From the NCBI GenBank assembly GCA_963765895.1, contig CAVXZB010000019.1:320001-384000 (forward strand): a DNA stretch of 64,000 nucleotides. Direction: 5' to 3'. The translations under genes were made by a program, and so were the position numbers. Of this stretch, positions 52,510 through 63,357 are shown piece after piece (positions within the stretch are counted from its first letter, which is position 1; each line of letters starts with the position of its first letter). This stretch comes from an uncultured Nitrososphaeraceae archaeon (GTDB lineage: Archaea > Thermoproteota > Nitrososphaeria > Nitrososphaerales > Nitrososphaeraceae). The notes under the pieces are model-generated. The model saw nothing but the letters and a program-made list of their open reading frames with translations. It was not told where the DNA came from and made no database searches.

Positions 52510-54264
52510 TTACAGAAATAGTGTAGCTGCATAGAGAACTATAGTTACTAACACGAAAATTTTAGAGAGGTGCATGGATTTATTCAAGGCTGTTGCGTAT
52601 TCATCAAATTGCTTTTTACCCATCACTTTAATCTTCGTGTGTGCAGAGAATAGTTCAAATTTGGATGATGTAATATTTGCTATTGATCTTCTAGATAGGG
52701 AATAAAATATTTCTGATGCCACGCTGGGATCTGTAACACTACCAAATACATAGTACCCTTGCCTAGTTCTTTTGCCTGATGTTGCGTGGGTGTCCGAAGT
52801 GCATATTTCTAACATCTCTAATCCCTTATTTGACATATATGATACTATACGCTTTCTCAATGTATTATCCATATTGTTTGAATCTGCCCAACCAATCACA
52901 AAGTAACGACCTTTTACGTAAAGGACGACAGTGGCCAAACCGGATTCTCCCAGATCATCTTTCAATGAATCCGCTTCATAAGTAATGTCGTGAAGATTTG
53001 CGAAACCAATCTTAAATGGAAACTCTTCAGACAGATTGAGCTTTTTTAGACACTGCTTTCCGGCAGCTAGTAATAGTTCATTATTCTTTTCACTTAACTG
53101 CGTCCCCAATGCATTGTGGCAATCCACAACTAGCGTATTACTAAAACCCAGCGAGCTCGAATAACCCTTCAAAACCTTCTGTAGCTCATCGGATAGATCA
53201 TCCATTCCTTCTGGAGCTCTAGAAAGTAGAAGAATAGCTGTACTTCCAAATTTGAGCCCAGTTGCTGTGAAGCCAGAAACATGTACCTGGCAGGGCAATG
53301 AACATGTGTTATGCCCAGACTTAATTTCCTGTTTATCAAGCGACTTTACATACCTATCCAATTCTGATTTAGAGGGTATATTTAAGGAGTGATCCGATAT
53401 GCTATGCAGAACTATTGCTTTTCTTGAGAATGCAGTAAACAAAACATAAGGTAAATTGCTTCCACCGATAGGGTTGAACGGACCAGGATGGACATCTGGA
53501 ATAATAATGTTCACAGAATCGCAGTCATCGTTCGTAAATCTACCAATCCATGTCTTAACAATCTGTTGTTCGGACCTAGATTCGATAAATTTTTCCATTT
53601 TATTCGGTTCGTTATTGGTCCATGCAGCGAGAAATGCCTGCAATAGGTCAAATGTACTCCTAATGTTTGGATGGCCTGCTTTGTCTGCTAATATAGTCCA
53701 CAATATAGTAATACCCACAAATATTATGCCAAGCAAAGGCACAAGATTTATTTGATTTCCAACAAAGTCGTGGGATGGAACACCGATTATAATAGCTGCC
53801 AAAATCATCGGCTGAACCATTCCCACTATGGTTGATCTTAGAAGTCGAGCACCGAACACAGATCTAAATATTGCAATTCTCAAACCAATTGCAAGGAACA
53901 TGCCCTCGATTACGTATAAAATAGGAGAACTCTCTTTGCCTAACAATACGTGAGAAGCCAAGCCTAACGCTGCTGTGCTAGCCCATAAAACATTCGAAAA
54001 TGCAGTCACGTGAAAAACCTTGGATAATTTATTTAGAGGAGCTTTACACAATGAATAGAAGTCAAAGAGGGCCAGTCCTATCATAGGTGGTATTCCAAAC
54101 AGTAGCGCATACAAGAGTTCACTATCTTGTTTGTAGATCCAATCTCTTACCACTAGGATCAAAAAAGCCGTGCCAATAATTGAGATGAGAAAAGATATTT
54201 TAGTAGAAGAGGGATTAAGCCGTGTGAAAGACCAACGACTATGTATACTAGAAACGCTTTCCAT
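52510..54264 (-). CDS. DUF2070 family membrane protein
   Basis: Multiple N-terminal TM helices; HPGPF..GGS, DCHN, D.NNM, TSDTH. Confidence 0.85.
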   Translation of the reverse strand: MESVSSIHSRWSFTRLNPSSTKISFLISIIGTAFLILVVRDWIYKQDSELLYALLFGIPPMIGLALFDFYSLCKAPLNKLSKVFHVTAFSNVLWASTAALGLASHVLLGKESSPILYVIEGMFLAIGLRIAIFRSVFGARLLRSTIVGMVQPMILAAIIIGVPSHDFVGNQINLVPLLGIIFVGITILWTILADKAGHPNIRSTFDLLQAFLAAWTNNEPNKMEKFIESRSEQQIVKTWIGRFTNDDCDSVNIIIPDVHPGPFNPIGGSNLPYVLFTAFSRKAIVLHSISDHSLNIPSKSELDRYVKSLDKQEIKSGHNTCSLPCQVHVSGFTATGLKFGSTAILLLSRAPEGMDDLSDELQKVLKGYSSSLGFSNTLVVDCHNALGTQLSEKNNELLLAAGKQCLKKLNLSEEFPFKIGFANLHDITYEADSLKDDLGESGLATVVLYVKGRYFVIGWADSNNMDNTLRKRIVSYMSNKGLEMLEICTSDTHATSGKRTRQGYYVFGSVTDPSVASEIFYSLSRRSIANITSSKFELFSAHTKIKVMGKKQFDEYATALNKSMHLSKIFVLVTIVLYAATLFL

Positions 54265-54288
54265 GACGTAAGTTTGTTATAGTGAGTA

Positions 54289-54456
54289 CTAGACTGGGAA
54301 AAGAATTCTAATTAGTAATGATATCCCGATTAAACCCCCAGTAACACCTAGAACAACCTCAGGTTTAATCTTAACACCCTTCGTTTCGTCTTCAAAAAAT
54401 CTTAACAATCCTGCGCTAGAAGCTGGCAGAGGCGCATTTTTCTTTTTGCTGCTCAT
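54289..54456 (-). CDS. secG: Preprotein translocase subunit Sec61beta
   Basis: Manual translation MSSKKKNAPLPASSAGLLRFFEDETKGVKIKPEVV + TM helix; missed by ORF track. Confidence 0.9.
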   Translation of the reverse strand: MSSKKKNAPLPASSAGLLRFFEDETKGVKIKPEVVLGVTGGLIGISLLIRILFPV

Positions 54457-54603
54457 TAATTATCAGAGGAATGATTCAGTGCTTTAAATAGATTGCGCTA
54501 CTGATAGTAAAGAGAATTGGCCTCAGAAGTTCTATTGGGTTGACCTAGCTGTGGGATACAAGCAAGTTTTAATAGTTAGAATATGAATAGTCAAAATACC
54601 TAG

Positions 54604-54912
54604 ATGGTGGTTATATGCAAAAAATGTGGCCTGCCTGACGACCTTTGTGCTTGTGGTGAACTGGATAAAGAGGAAACTCGAATCGTGGTTCGGCTTGAAA
54701 CCAGGCGCTTCAAGAAAACCACTACCATGATTGAAGGCATCGATCCGAAGCTTGGCGATTTGCAACGGATAGTTAAAGAGTTGAAAAGTAAATTTGCCTG
54801 TGGCGGAACTGCAAAAGACGGCTATATAATGCTTCAAGGAGATCATCGGGCAGACGTCAAAGGTTATCTCGTAAGCATGGCTTTTAATGAAGCCGCTATC
54901 GAAGTTCAGTAA
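54604..54912 (+). CDS. Translation initiation factor aIF1 (SUI1)
   Basis: CKKCGLP..LCAC, LKSKFACGGT, LQGDHR. Confidence 0.94.
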   Translation: MVVICKKCGLPDDLCACGELDKEETRIVVRLETRRFKKTTTMIEGIDPKLGDLQRIVKELKSKFACGGTAKDGYIMLQGDHRADVKGYLVSMAFNEAAIEVQ

Positions 54913-55089
54913 CATCTTTATCGTATAGCGGAAGAATTCCCTTTAACTATAGTGAGTCATGTGCCATGATTTTTCCTCTTTTCTCTATATGATTCCATAA
55001 TAATCATGATTTGGTATTTCGACATTGATGGACCGAAGTGACTCTAGATTAGACGAAGGCATTTATGTCGGTAACTTAGATCCACATCA

Positions 55090-55539
55090 TTGTTCAAGGG
55101 AAAGAAGTCGACCAAAAAAAGCGAGCGTGTTTCAAGTTTGGACAACACATTCAGGATCGCTTCGATTCTCCAAAAGAGCATCAACTCAGGACGTTCGAGC
55201 TACGTAGAAATGTCCAAAGTGAATCAAATAGTTTCATTCAATATCAAATCTCATTTGGATTCTCTTAAGCCCGAAGTTGCCTTTGAAAACTATAAAGACG
55301 CGATTAACATTTTTGGGCAGCTCTCATTTTGTTACGAAAATACTATTACTCCAAACGGCTCGGTTAAATTAAAGGAATTAAATAGAATGTTGGATTATGA
55401 TTCAGAAATTGCGTTTCAACTTAATATTTTAAGTAAAATTCCCAATTTTGACCGGACGAAGGTTGATTTGGACTATATTAAAAATCTCAAGGATTTGATT
55501 AAGGAAAGGGAAGATTTTATCAAATCAATTAGAGCTTGA
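55090..55539 (+). CDS. Hypothetical protein
   Basis: 149-aa ORF filling the gap between aIF1 and tfb; no motif recognised. Confidence 0.55.
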   Translation: MFKGKKSTKKSERVSSLDNTFRIASILQKSINSGRSSYVEMSKVNQIVSFNIKSHLDSLKPEVAFENYKDAINIFGQLSFCYENTITPNGSVKLKELNRMLDYDSEIAFQLNILSKIPNFDRTKVDLDYIKNLKDLIKEREDFIKSIRA

Positions 55540-56444
55540 GATGTAGCTTTAGCCCCTTGTACCGATTTCTAATAGTGACTTCAGTTACACCAGCTGCCTC
55601 TGCTACATCCTTCTGTGTCTTATTTTCCCCATTCATCACACATGCGACGTATAGTGCAGCCGCAGCTAGGCCCATAGGGTCCTTTCCTGCAGAAATTTTT
55701 CCCTCTTCGGCCCTCTTGAGAATCTCCAGGGCTTTTCTTTTAGTCTTTTCAGACAGTCCGGCCTTGCTCGCAATTCTGGCTACACATTTCACGGGATCAA
55801 CAACGGGCATTTTTAAATCTCAGCTCGCGAATGAGCAATCTGTAACATCTAGCCACATCCTTTTTCTTTATATTACTCGCATTAGCAATATCCTTTAGTG
55901 TTCGTGGAGTCTCAGTGTCTCTACAAGCGGCATAAAGTGCAGCAGCCACCAAAGCAGATATCGACCTGCCCCTTACGAGTCCTCTTTCCAGTGCTTTTCT
56001 GTAAACATAAGCAGCCTTTTCAATGACTGCATCGCCCACTGCAAGCTTATCCTTCAATCTATCTAATTCACTAAAGGCTTGTCTAAAATTCCGGTCAACA
56101 GGTTCGTGAACTTGACTACGACTGTCCCAAGTTCTTAGTCTTTCAATTGTGCTTTTCATTGATGCCGACAAAGGCTTTCCTGAGGCATCCTTGTCTATAG
56201 GACCAATTATAGTCGCTAATCCCATGTCATGCATGGCTAAAGAAGTGGGGATTCCGGCTCGGCTTCTATCTTCGTGCTCCTCTTTTGAAAAAGCCCTCCA
56301 TTCTGGCCCCGTTTCCTCAATTCTCTCAGTAACAACAAACCCACAATTCCCACAAAACATTTCACCGCTCGAATTATCAGTGACCATGGGACCCTTTCCG
56401 CAACGTGGGCATCTGTCACTAAATAATGAAATATCTTTTACCAG
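55529..56444 (-). CDS. tfb: Transcription initiation factor IIB (inferred CTG start; one extra base ~55820)
   Basis: CPRC...CGNCG Zn ribbon, GPEWRAF, RGRSI, GKDPMGLAAAALY, VTEVTIRNRYK. Confidence 0.93.
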
Positions 56445-56824
56445 GTCTTTTCACCATAAAAATGCCAAAACTTGCCATCTTATATAAATATTTTATTCTT
56501 TTATTTATACTTTTTCCTCGGTGGACTACGTACATCTAATATTTGTAGGTTTCAGTGCTTGCATGTGATAATTATGCCAATACCTGCTTGTTATTTGAAT
56601 ATATTCTATCTGGATAGTGATTTATGGTAATGGTATTATTGATTAAATTTTATAATTTAGTCGTTAAAGCTAGTATTTTCCTATTTGTACAAGAGCTAGA
56701 AAGCTGAACATAGGTTGTCGCTAATAGCGGAACACTGAATAACGAAACCTTGTACCTAAATCTGAGGTATCTAGGATTGATACTTTCCATAATCTTAATT
56801 AAAGGATGAGCATTTCCTTGAATT

Positions 56825-57196
56825 ATGGAAGATATTACGCAGATACCACGGCATGCTATCGAAGAAGATCCTTTATGGGAAAAGGATTCCGATGCGGGAC
56901 CAAGTTTAATTAGATGGAGAAAAAGGGGAACCAATTTGTTTGCTATCTGCAGCGTTACAAGTACGACGTGTACCCTATTTGATTATACTAGCAATTTACA
57001 TTCATTTCCGAATTTCTTGCAGGCGAAGAGTCAAAGTCAAGGTAATCAAGATATGATTTCTAGTCCGGTTGATCCTACCGATATTAAGCGATATCTTGCC
57101 AGTCGGTACCTAAATCCGAATTATGACATATTTAAGCTTCCTGATAGTAGATCACTAAAGGTCAAAGATCGACCTGATTACACGGATATTTCATAG
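56825..57196 (+). CDS. Hypothetical protein
   Basis: 123-aa ATG ORF upstream of ABC operon; no motif recognised. Confidence 0.45.
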   Translation: MEDITQIPRHAIEEDPLWEKDSDAGPSLIRWRKRGTNLFAICSVTSTTCTLFDYTSNLHSFPNFLQAKSQSQGNQDMISSPVDPTDIKRYLASRYLNPNYDIFKLPDSRSLKVKDRPDYTDIS

Positions 57197-57254
57197 TGCT
57201 ACTCGCATAGAAAAACCAAACATAAGAAGTGGCAATGGATAGATAACTTCTTCA

Positions 57255-59708
57255 ATGTTATTTCGACCTCCGATCCTCGGATTTGTGCTTATGATAGGGC
57301 TGCTTACTTCAATATCGGTGGATCAGAGTTTGGGCTCTCTCGTGATGGCGAACGGTCCCCAGGCTGCGACGAAGGGTCCATTTATTGATAGTGCAAGATT
57401 TATTCAGTATCTGGATGATAACACAGCCTTGCAGGAAATGAAGAGACGCGGAATTGACACTTACTATTTCCGAGTACCACTTGAGGTTGTGTCTGACCTG
57501 AAGCAGGATCCAGACCTTGTGGTGTACAACAGAATGGCTGGATCGTTTGGAATTTTATTAAACCCTGCTCCTCCTAAGAGCAACGATACCCTTAATCCCT
57601 TTTACTTCAGAGGGGTAAGATATGCAGTAAACTATCTTGTTAATAGAGAATTTGTGGTAGATGAGATCCTCAAGGGCTACGGCACACCTATGGTAGATCC
57701 CTTCGGCGTTTATTCTCCAGAATATCAGAATATAATCGGATCAGTAGAATCACTTGGTCTTAGATACAATCCGGTATTAGCAGACAAGATCATTACGAGT
57801 ATACTAAATTCCGCTGGCGCCATAAAGCAGGCTGGAAAGTGGACCTTCAAAGGCAATCCGATAGTCATAAAGGTCTTGATTAGAAGCGATGACCCGGAAA
57901 GGAGATCAATGGGCGAACTTGTTTCCTCTGAATTTCAGAAGATCGGATTTTCAGTTATAAAAGATTATGGAGATTTGAACAAAGCTAATACAATTGTGTA
58001 TGGATCAGATCCCCAAGATTTTCAGTGGAACGTTTATACAGAAGCCTACGCAGGGACATCGGCATTTGTTAAATATAATCCGTCTGTAACTTCTCAAATG
58101 TATGCTCCGTATGCCGGTAACATGCCTGGTGGACAGAATCCGAGCTTTTGGCATTATCAAAATTCAACAATTGATAAGCTGGCTCAACATATTGCCTTCT
58201 TTAATTTTACGTCTTCAAACGAAAGGAATGACTTGGTTCGAAATGCGACCCTAAACGGAATTCAAGAGTCAGTCCGCATTTTCGTTGCACAGCTAATTGA
58301 ACCATACGTTGCAGTATCATCCGTCAAAGGCCTTATAAACGATTTTGGGGCCGGAATAACAAGTAAGTATTCATTGTCGAATGCTAGGACCAATAAGACT
58401 ACCAATTCACTTGATATTGGCGTCAAGCAAATTTATCAAGGGGCGTGGAATAACATTGCAGGATGTAAGGATGCCTATTGCTCAGAGATTTATACGCAAC
58501 TGGCAGACAGTGCCACCTTTAGGAATCCATACACAGGTGACGTGATTCCTATGAGAGAAGTCTGGACCAATATAACAACTTTAGGACCACATCATAAGAT
58601 GCATGTGCCAGATGATGTTCGTATCTGGAATCCAGTCATTCAGAGATGGACTGGATTAGGGAAAAATGACTCTGCCATGAGTAAAGTTATTTTTAAGGCA
58701 TTATTTTCGAAATGGCACAACGGAATTATGATGGATAAGGCAGATGTATTATATCCTCTTTACTTCACCTTTGAATGGGGAACTAATACTGGGAATGCGG
58801 ATAGGACATACGATCCTGAATATAGTGCTGCTGCTCAAGTTGCCCTCCCACTTATTAAGGGTGTTAAATTTGATTCTAATAATACATTCGAATCTTATAT
58901 CGACCAATGGCATTATGATAAGAATGAAATAGCTGACTCAGCGGCTGTCTGGCCTTCTGAGCCTTGGGAGATCACTGCCGCGACAGAAAGGCTCGTGATG
59001 TCTGGAAAATTTGCATTTTCGAAGGGAGAGGCCTCGGCTAAAAACATTGATTGGTTATCGCTAATTGTCCCCTCGCACGCAGATGCGATAAAAATTGAAT
59101 TGCAGAAAATGAAAAAGGAGGGGTATGTTCCAAATCCCTTAAAGGGTTTGATAAGCGTGGCTGAGGCTCAAAAAAGATACGACGCCACTATAAACTGGAT
59201 TGAAATGCATCGAAATGCGGTGGTTAGCAATGGTCCGTTTTATCTTGATTCCTACAATCCAGAGGGCGGCGTTATAACGATAAAGGCTTTTAGAGACTCA
59301 TCTTACCCTTTTCAGAAAGGTCATTGGTCAGTCTACGAGTACCCGAAGATCGCTTCATTGGATAAGATTCAAGCCCCGCAATTCGCAACAATAGGAAAGC
59401 CCTTAAAAATTGTATTGAATGTCTCTGAAAATGGAAGGCCAACAAGCGACGCGTTGGTGAATTATTTTATCTCGGATTGGCGGGGTCGAGTTATACTCAG
59501 CGGGAGGGCCGAGCCGCAGCCCGCACCAACGGCAGTCGATGAAGCTTCGGATCACCCGAAGGGTTCATATGAGATAAATCTGAACTCTAGTACCACGGCA
59601 AAATTTCCGTTTGGACCAAATCTTATAAAGATATTCGCAACTGGAAAAGAAGCTTTTAGACCTGACATATACACTAGAACGATATTGGCTGTGAAGGCCT
59701 CTACTTAG
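57255..59708 (+). CDS. ABC transporter substrate-binding protein (peptide/nickel, family 5)
   Basis: Signal peptide; NPF...VRYAVNYLVNR; KWHNG; SNGPFYLDSY. Confidence 0.88.
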   Translation: MLFRPPILGFVLMIGLLTSISVDQSLGSLVMANGPQAATKGPFIDSARFIQYLDDNTALQEMKRRGIDTYYFRVPLEVVSDLKQDPDLVVYNRMAGSFGILLNPAPPKSNDTLNPFYFRGVRYAVNYLVNREFVVDEILKGYGTPMVDPFGVYSPEYQNIIGSVESLGLRYNPVLADKIITSILNSAGAIKQAGKWTFKGNPIVIKVLIRSDDPERRSMGELVSSEFQKIGFSVIKDYGDLNKANTIVYGSDPQDFQWNVYTEAYAGTSAFVKYNPSVTSQMYAPYAGNMPGGQNPSFWHYQNSTIDKLAQHIAFFNFTSSNERNDLVRNATLNGIQESVRIFVAQLIEPYVAVSSVKGLINDFGAGITSKYSLSNARTNKTTNSLDIGVKQIYQGAWNNIAGCKDAYCSEIYTQLADSATFRNPYTGDVIPMREVWTNITTLGPHHKMHVPDDVRIWNPVIQRWTGLGKNDSAMSKVIFKALFSKWHNGIMMDKADVLYPLYFTFEWGTNTGNADRTYDPEYSAAAQVALPLIKGVKFDSNNTFESYIDQWHYDKNEIADSAAVWPSEPWEITAATERLVMSGKFAFSKGEASAKNIDWLSLIVPSHADAIKIELQKMKKEGYVPNPLKGLISVAEAQKRYDATINWIEMHRNAVVSNGPFYLDSYNPEGGVITIKAFRDSSYPFQKGHWSVYEYPKIASLDKIQAPQFATIGKPLKIVLNVSENGRPTSDALVNYFISDWRGRVILSGRAEPQPAPTAVDEASDHPKGSYEINLNSSTTAKFPFGPNLIKIFATGKEAFRPDIYTRTILAVKAST

Positions 59709-59815
59709 TGAAGAATACTTAACACATTTAGGAGATCTGCAGATTAACTCCGAATGAAAAGCAATATTAGAATCATCTAGTTATGAAATTAGGGGTAAAG
59801 GGAGTAAATAGGTCT

Positions 59816-60861
59816 ATGGGATTTCGATATTTTCTGATCAAGAGATCAATAAACATGATTCTTGTTGTATTTTTTACCCTTATTATTACAATCGCGATTC
59901 TTGGCTCTACAATAGACAAAATTCTAATTAACTCTGTCAGATACGATGCAGTAAATGCGATAAGCCAATCCAAATTCCATTTTCAATCTCTCAAAGAAAG
60001 ACAAACCTATGTTGAGACCCAAATTACCCAAAATATCAAGTCCTTAGGATTGGATGAACCATGGTACATCACCTAAACGCTTTTTTAATACCTTATCTAA
60101 AATTGTGACTCTAGATTTAGGAAGGTCTAATTTTTTCACCACTGACTCAGGTTCTTCTAAGGTCAAGGACATAATAATGGAAAGATTGCCAAAAACAATT
60201 CTGCTATTTAGTAGTTCAACAGTAATTGTTAGTATTATAGGAATATATCTCGGCGCATTCATATCTGATCGATCAGGATCGATCACGGATAAGGTCAATT
60301 CATTCTCTGCAGTTCTTAGTAACAGCTTCCCATCCTGGTGGATAGGTATGCTTATGATATTTGTATTTGCCTTTGTCTATCCGATATTTCCTGCTCGCTC
60401 CACCCCCACGAGTTCTCCTTCGGATCCATATTACATACTTGATCTCTTGTACCATATGTTGTTGCCATTGATCACTCTGGTCTTGGTCAGCATAAGTGCT
60501 TGGGCATATATTGTACGCTATTATCTAATTAGAATTAGACATGAGGATTTTATACTCTCCAAAAAGGCAATAGGAATATCAAAGAAAAAAATCTTATACT
60601 CGCACATGTTAAAAAATGCTGCTCCGCCTATCATAACCTCCGTGGCATTAAGTTTGGCGGCTTCTTTTGGTGGCGCAATTATAATAGAATCTGTATTCGA
60701 CTGGCCAGGAATGGGTAAACTGTACCTATGATGCTATCGCCGTCAACGATGTTCCCATCATCTTAGGCAACACTTACATTTTTTCGATAATATTTGTTGT
60801 TACGATATTCGTCACCGATATTGCCTATGGTTTTTTTGATCCTCGGGTGAAAGTTGGATAG
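59816..60861 (+). CDS. Opp/Dpp B-type ABC permease (extra bases ~60068 and ~60727)
   Basis: LGLDEPW, DLGRS, ERLPKT, IIESVFDWPGMG, C-terminal DPRVKVG* across frames. Confidence 0.87.
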
Positions 60862-60933
60862 TTGATTGCAGGTACGGGATGCGTAGGTCAATGATAGTTC
60901 GATTTCCTAAATTCATCCTTTTTCAGGTCGAAA

Positions 60934-62358
60934 TTGGAGAAAATCCTTTCCTTCTCAAAACTTCACTTTCTAATTCAAATCCTAAATTCCAAGACTGCCA
61001 TTTCAGGCCTATCCATCTTGATGATTCTGATTGCTATGACAATCTATGCAGTTATCGCAATCCCACTCGAATCATTTAAGCAATGGAACAATCCTAATTA
61101 CTGGATCGACTATCCAAAGGCTGCCGCTCCATCTTGGACCAATCTAGGTCTATTTGGTCCAAGATACTCAGAGCATATAATTCTAGGCACTCACGACGCC
61201 AGAGTCTATTCTGGATCAGAAAATGGCATTCATATCATTTCTCATACTTATTCTGTAGATTTCAAATATGATTCTTATCCTACAGACTTTATGATACCAT
61301 ACTCGGTAAAGTACGGACTAGTGCCGCCTGCTATGGAGGTGAAAGTATTACGACCAGATGGCTATACATTTAAAATATATGATACAGCACTGCCGCCAGG
61401 ATCGCCTCAGCAGTCTTTGAATCCCAATTATTCGACAGACAATTACAACGAATATTCAGGTCGAATTTTTTCGACAGACTATTTAATAAGTAAGAATCTG
61501 CGTGATTACCTTGGTCTCTTTGCATATCCGCAAGACGAATCAAGCCCTCAAGTTATGATCTTTTCTGAACTTAATTCGAAGAAAGTGCTGAAGGGTGTCT
61601 ATAAATTTGAAGAGACGTTTTACTTTTTCAATGACACTGACAAAGTAAATGAATCAGGCCTGGTTTTAGGTGGCACAGTTTATGGCTTAATGGGCACTGA
61701 CGATCTGAGAAGGGATCTTAGTATAGGAATATTCTGGGGAACACCGGTTGCACTTTTTATCGGAGTCACTGTGTCTCTATCATCAGTATTCATCGGCCTC
61801 ATCTACGGGGTCATAGCAGGTTATAAGGGTAAGAGAACTGACGAAGCGCTTATGCGGGTTAATGATCTGATAGTTTTTCTACCAGCTCTTCCAATACTGA
61901 TCCTAATAACTGCAACATTAGGTAGGAGCATATTTATAATTACTGTATTACTAGTAATTTTTGGCTGGGCTGGGGCTACTAGGGTTTCTAGGAGTCTGGC
62001 ACTCCAGATAAAAAATCTTCAATACGTAGAAGCAGCAAGAATAATGGGTGCTTCTGATATGAGGATCATTTTCAAACATCTTATACCTCAATTGCTTCCG
62101 TTAACGTTCGCTAGCATTGCAATTGCTGTACCTGGCGCTATATTGGCTGAAGCTGCATTAAGTTTTCTAGGATTGGGCGATCCTACCATTCCCACATGGG
62201 GTCAGATTTTACACGATGCTAATTCCGCAGATGCTGCTGCAAGAGGGCTATGGTGGTGGATCATTCCACCAGGTATGATGATTGCTTTAACAGGCTTGTC
62301 ATTTGCTCTGATTGGAAAAGCTATCGAGACTAATACAGACCCTTTACACAGATCATAA
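60934..62358 (+). CDS. Opp/Dpp C-type ABC permease
   Basis: GTDDLRRD, YVEAARIMGAS (EAA), EAALSFLGLG, TWGQIL, PPG. Confidence 0.9.
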   Translation: MEKILSFSKLHFLIQILNSKTAISGLSILMILIAMTIYAVIAIPLESFKQWNNPNYWIDYPKAAAPSWTNLGLFGPRYSEHIILGTHDARVYSGSENGIHIISHTYSVDFKYDSYPTDFMIPYSVKYGLVPPAMEVKVLRPDGYTFKIYDTALPPGSPQQSLNPNYSTDNYNEYSGRIFSTDYLISKNLRDYLGLFAYPQDESSPQVMIFSELNSKKVLKGVYKFEETFYFFNDTDKVNESGLVLGGTVYGLMGTDDLRRDLSIGIFWGTPVALFIGVTVSLSSVFIGLIYGVIAGYKGKRTDEALMRVNDLIVFLPALPILILITATLGRSIFIITVLLVIFGWAGATRVSRSLALQIKNLQYVEAARIMGASDMRIIFKHLIPQLLPLTFASIAIAVPGAILAEAALSFLGLGDPTIPTWGQILHDANSADAAARGLWWWIIPPGMMIALTGLSFALIGKAIETNTDPLHRS

Positions 62359-62782
62359 AATTCGACAAAATTATCTACTTTATATTGATAGTAATAGTGC
62401 TTGAATCTTTGGCTAGCCATTTGAAGGTGAATTGATACCAACATGAGAATCACCATCATTAAAGTAATGGATGCGAATCAGTAATGAGATAGAGGCAGGT
62501 CAAATCGTATTAGATTCGCCTGAGATGACATAATCTACACCACACATCATAGATGAATCACAATATCAAAGATAAGTAGAATGCAAATATAATCTAATTT
62601 GTAACTCTTAGCATTATGAATGCCTATTTCAAAAAACACGCCATTCCAGTTATTATTATATACCTTTACTATTCTTAGATAACATAGTACTTTCCCAAAT
62701 CAAATTCCAGGCTACGTAGAACACGTTCCAGCTATTTAAGACCCTCATACAATTCTAATTTTTTGGTACAATACTATGGTTT

Positions 62783-63214
62783 TTATTCATTGTCGCTATG
62801 CATTATTCTAAGCGCAAAGCGCTCACCGTTCCTATCAAATGCAGCTATAGTAGTATCATCATAAGGATAGTTGATGATTATTGATACAAGTCCAAAATAA
62901 TTATTAAGATCTTCTAGTGAAGGACTATTCGAACTCCCCGGATGCGAGTGAGCAGTCCCAATATATGACAAATCGAATGGTAGGTCGTAAACAGGAAAAC
63001 CTGAATAATATGGCCCATGCGAAGAAAAGGGTGGAACTACTAATCCGTCTATCATAATCTCTGCCTTCTTACTTCTGCCTCTCAAAATTAGTATTCCTTC
63101 GTAAGGATGCCACATTTTTGCATAAGTGATGATGCCATCAGCACTCTTTCTGGTCAAAACTACTTCCTTACGTGGCCTTTCTACGTTGTTGTCTTTTCTA
63201 CGGAAAAAGAGCAA
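62783..63214 (-). CDS. JAMM/MPN+ metalloprotease
   Basis: HPYEGILILRG; HSHPGSSNSPSLED = HxHx7SxxD; start estimated. Confidence 0.85.
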   Translation of the reverse strand: MLFFRRKDNNVERPRKEVVLTRKSADGIITYAKMWHPYEGILILRGRSKKAEIMIDGLVVPPFSSHGPYYSGFPVYDLPFDLSYIGTAHSHPGSSNSPSLEDLNNYFGLVSIIINYPYDDTTIAAFDRNGERFALRIMHSDNE

Positions 63215-63357
63215 TGATGTGATAGGAGGGGATATCACAAATATTTTAGTATTGCTCATGCTGATGTTTGTTGCTTGTAAAACTAGCTCCAGGAATTGAC
63301 TAACCATCGCGCATCATAATGAATAATAACTAGTTGCTACAGGTATCTGTATAATAA

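Noticed and set aside
52402-52510. Integration site at tRNA-Val
   Set aside because: No integrase and no duplicated tRNA 3' end seen; housekeeping genes follow directly.
52268-52534. 88-aa ORF
   Set aside because: Overlaps tRNA-Val entirely; spurious.
55797-55830. Programmed frameshift in tfb at TTTAAAAA
   Set aside because: Needs a +1 shift and matches the window-wide insertion error pattern; removing one A gives normal RELDLKMP.
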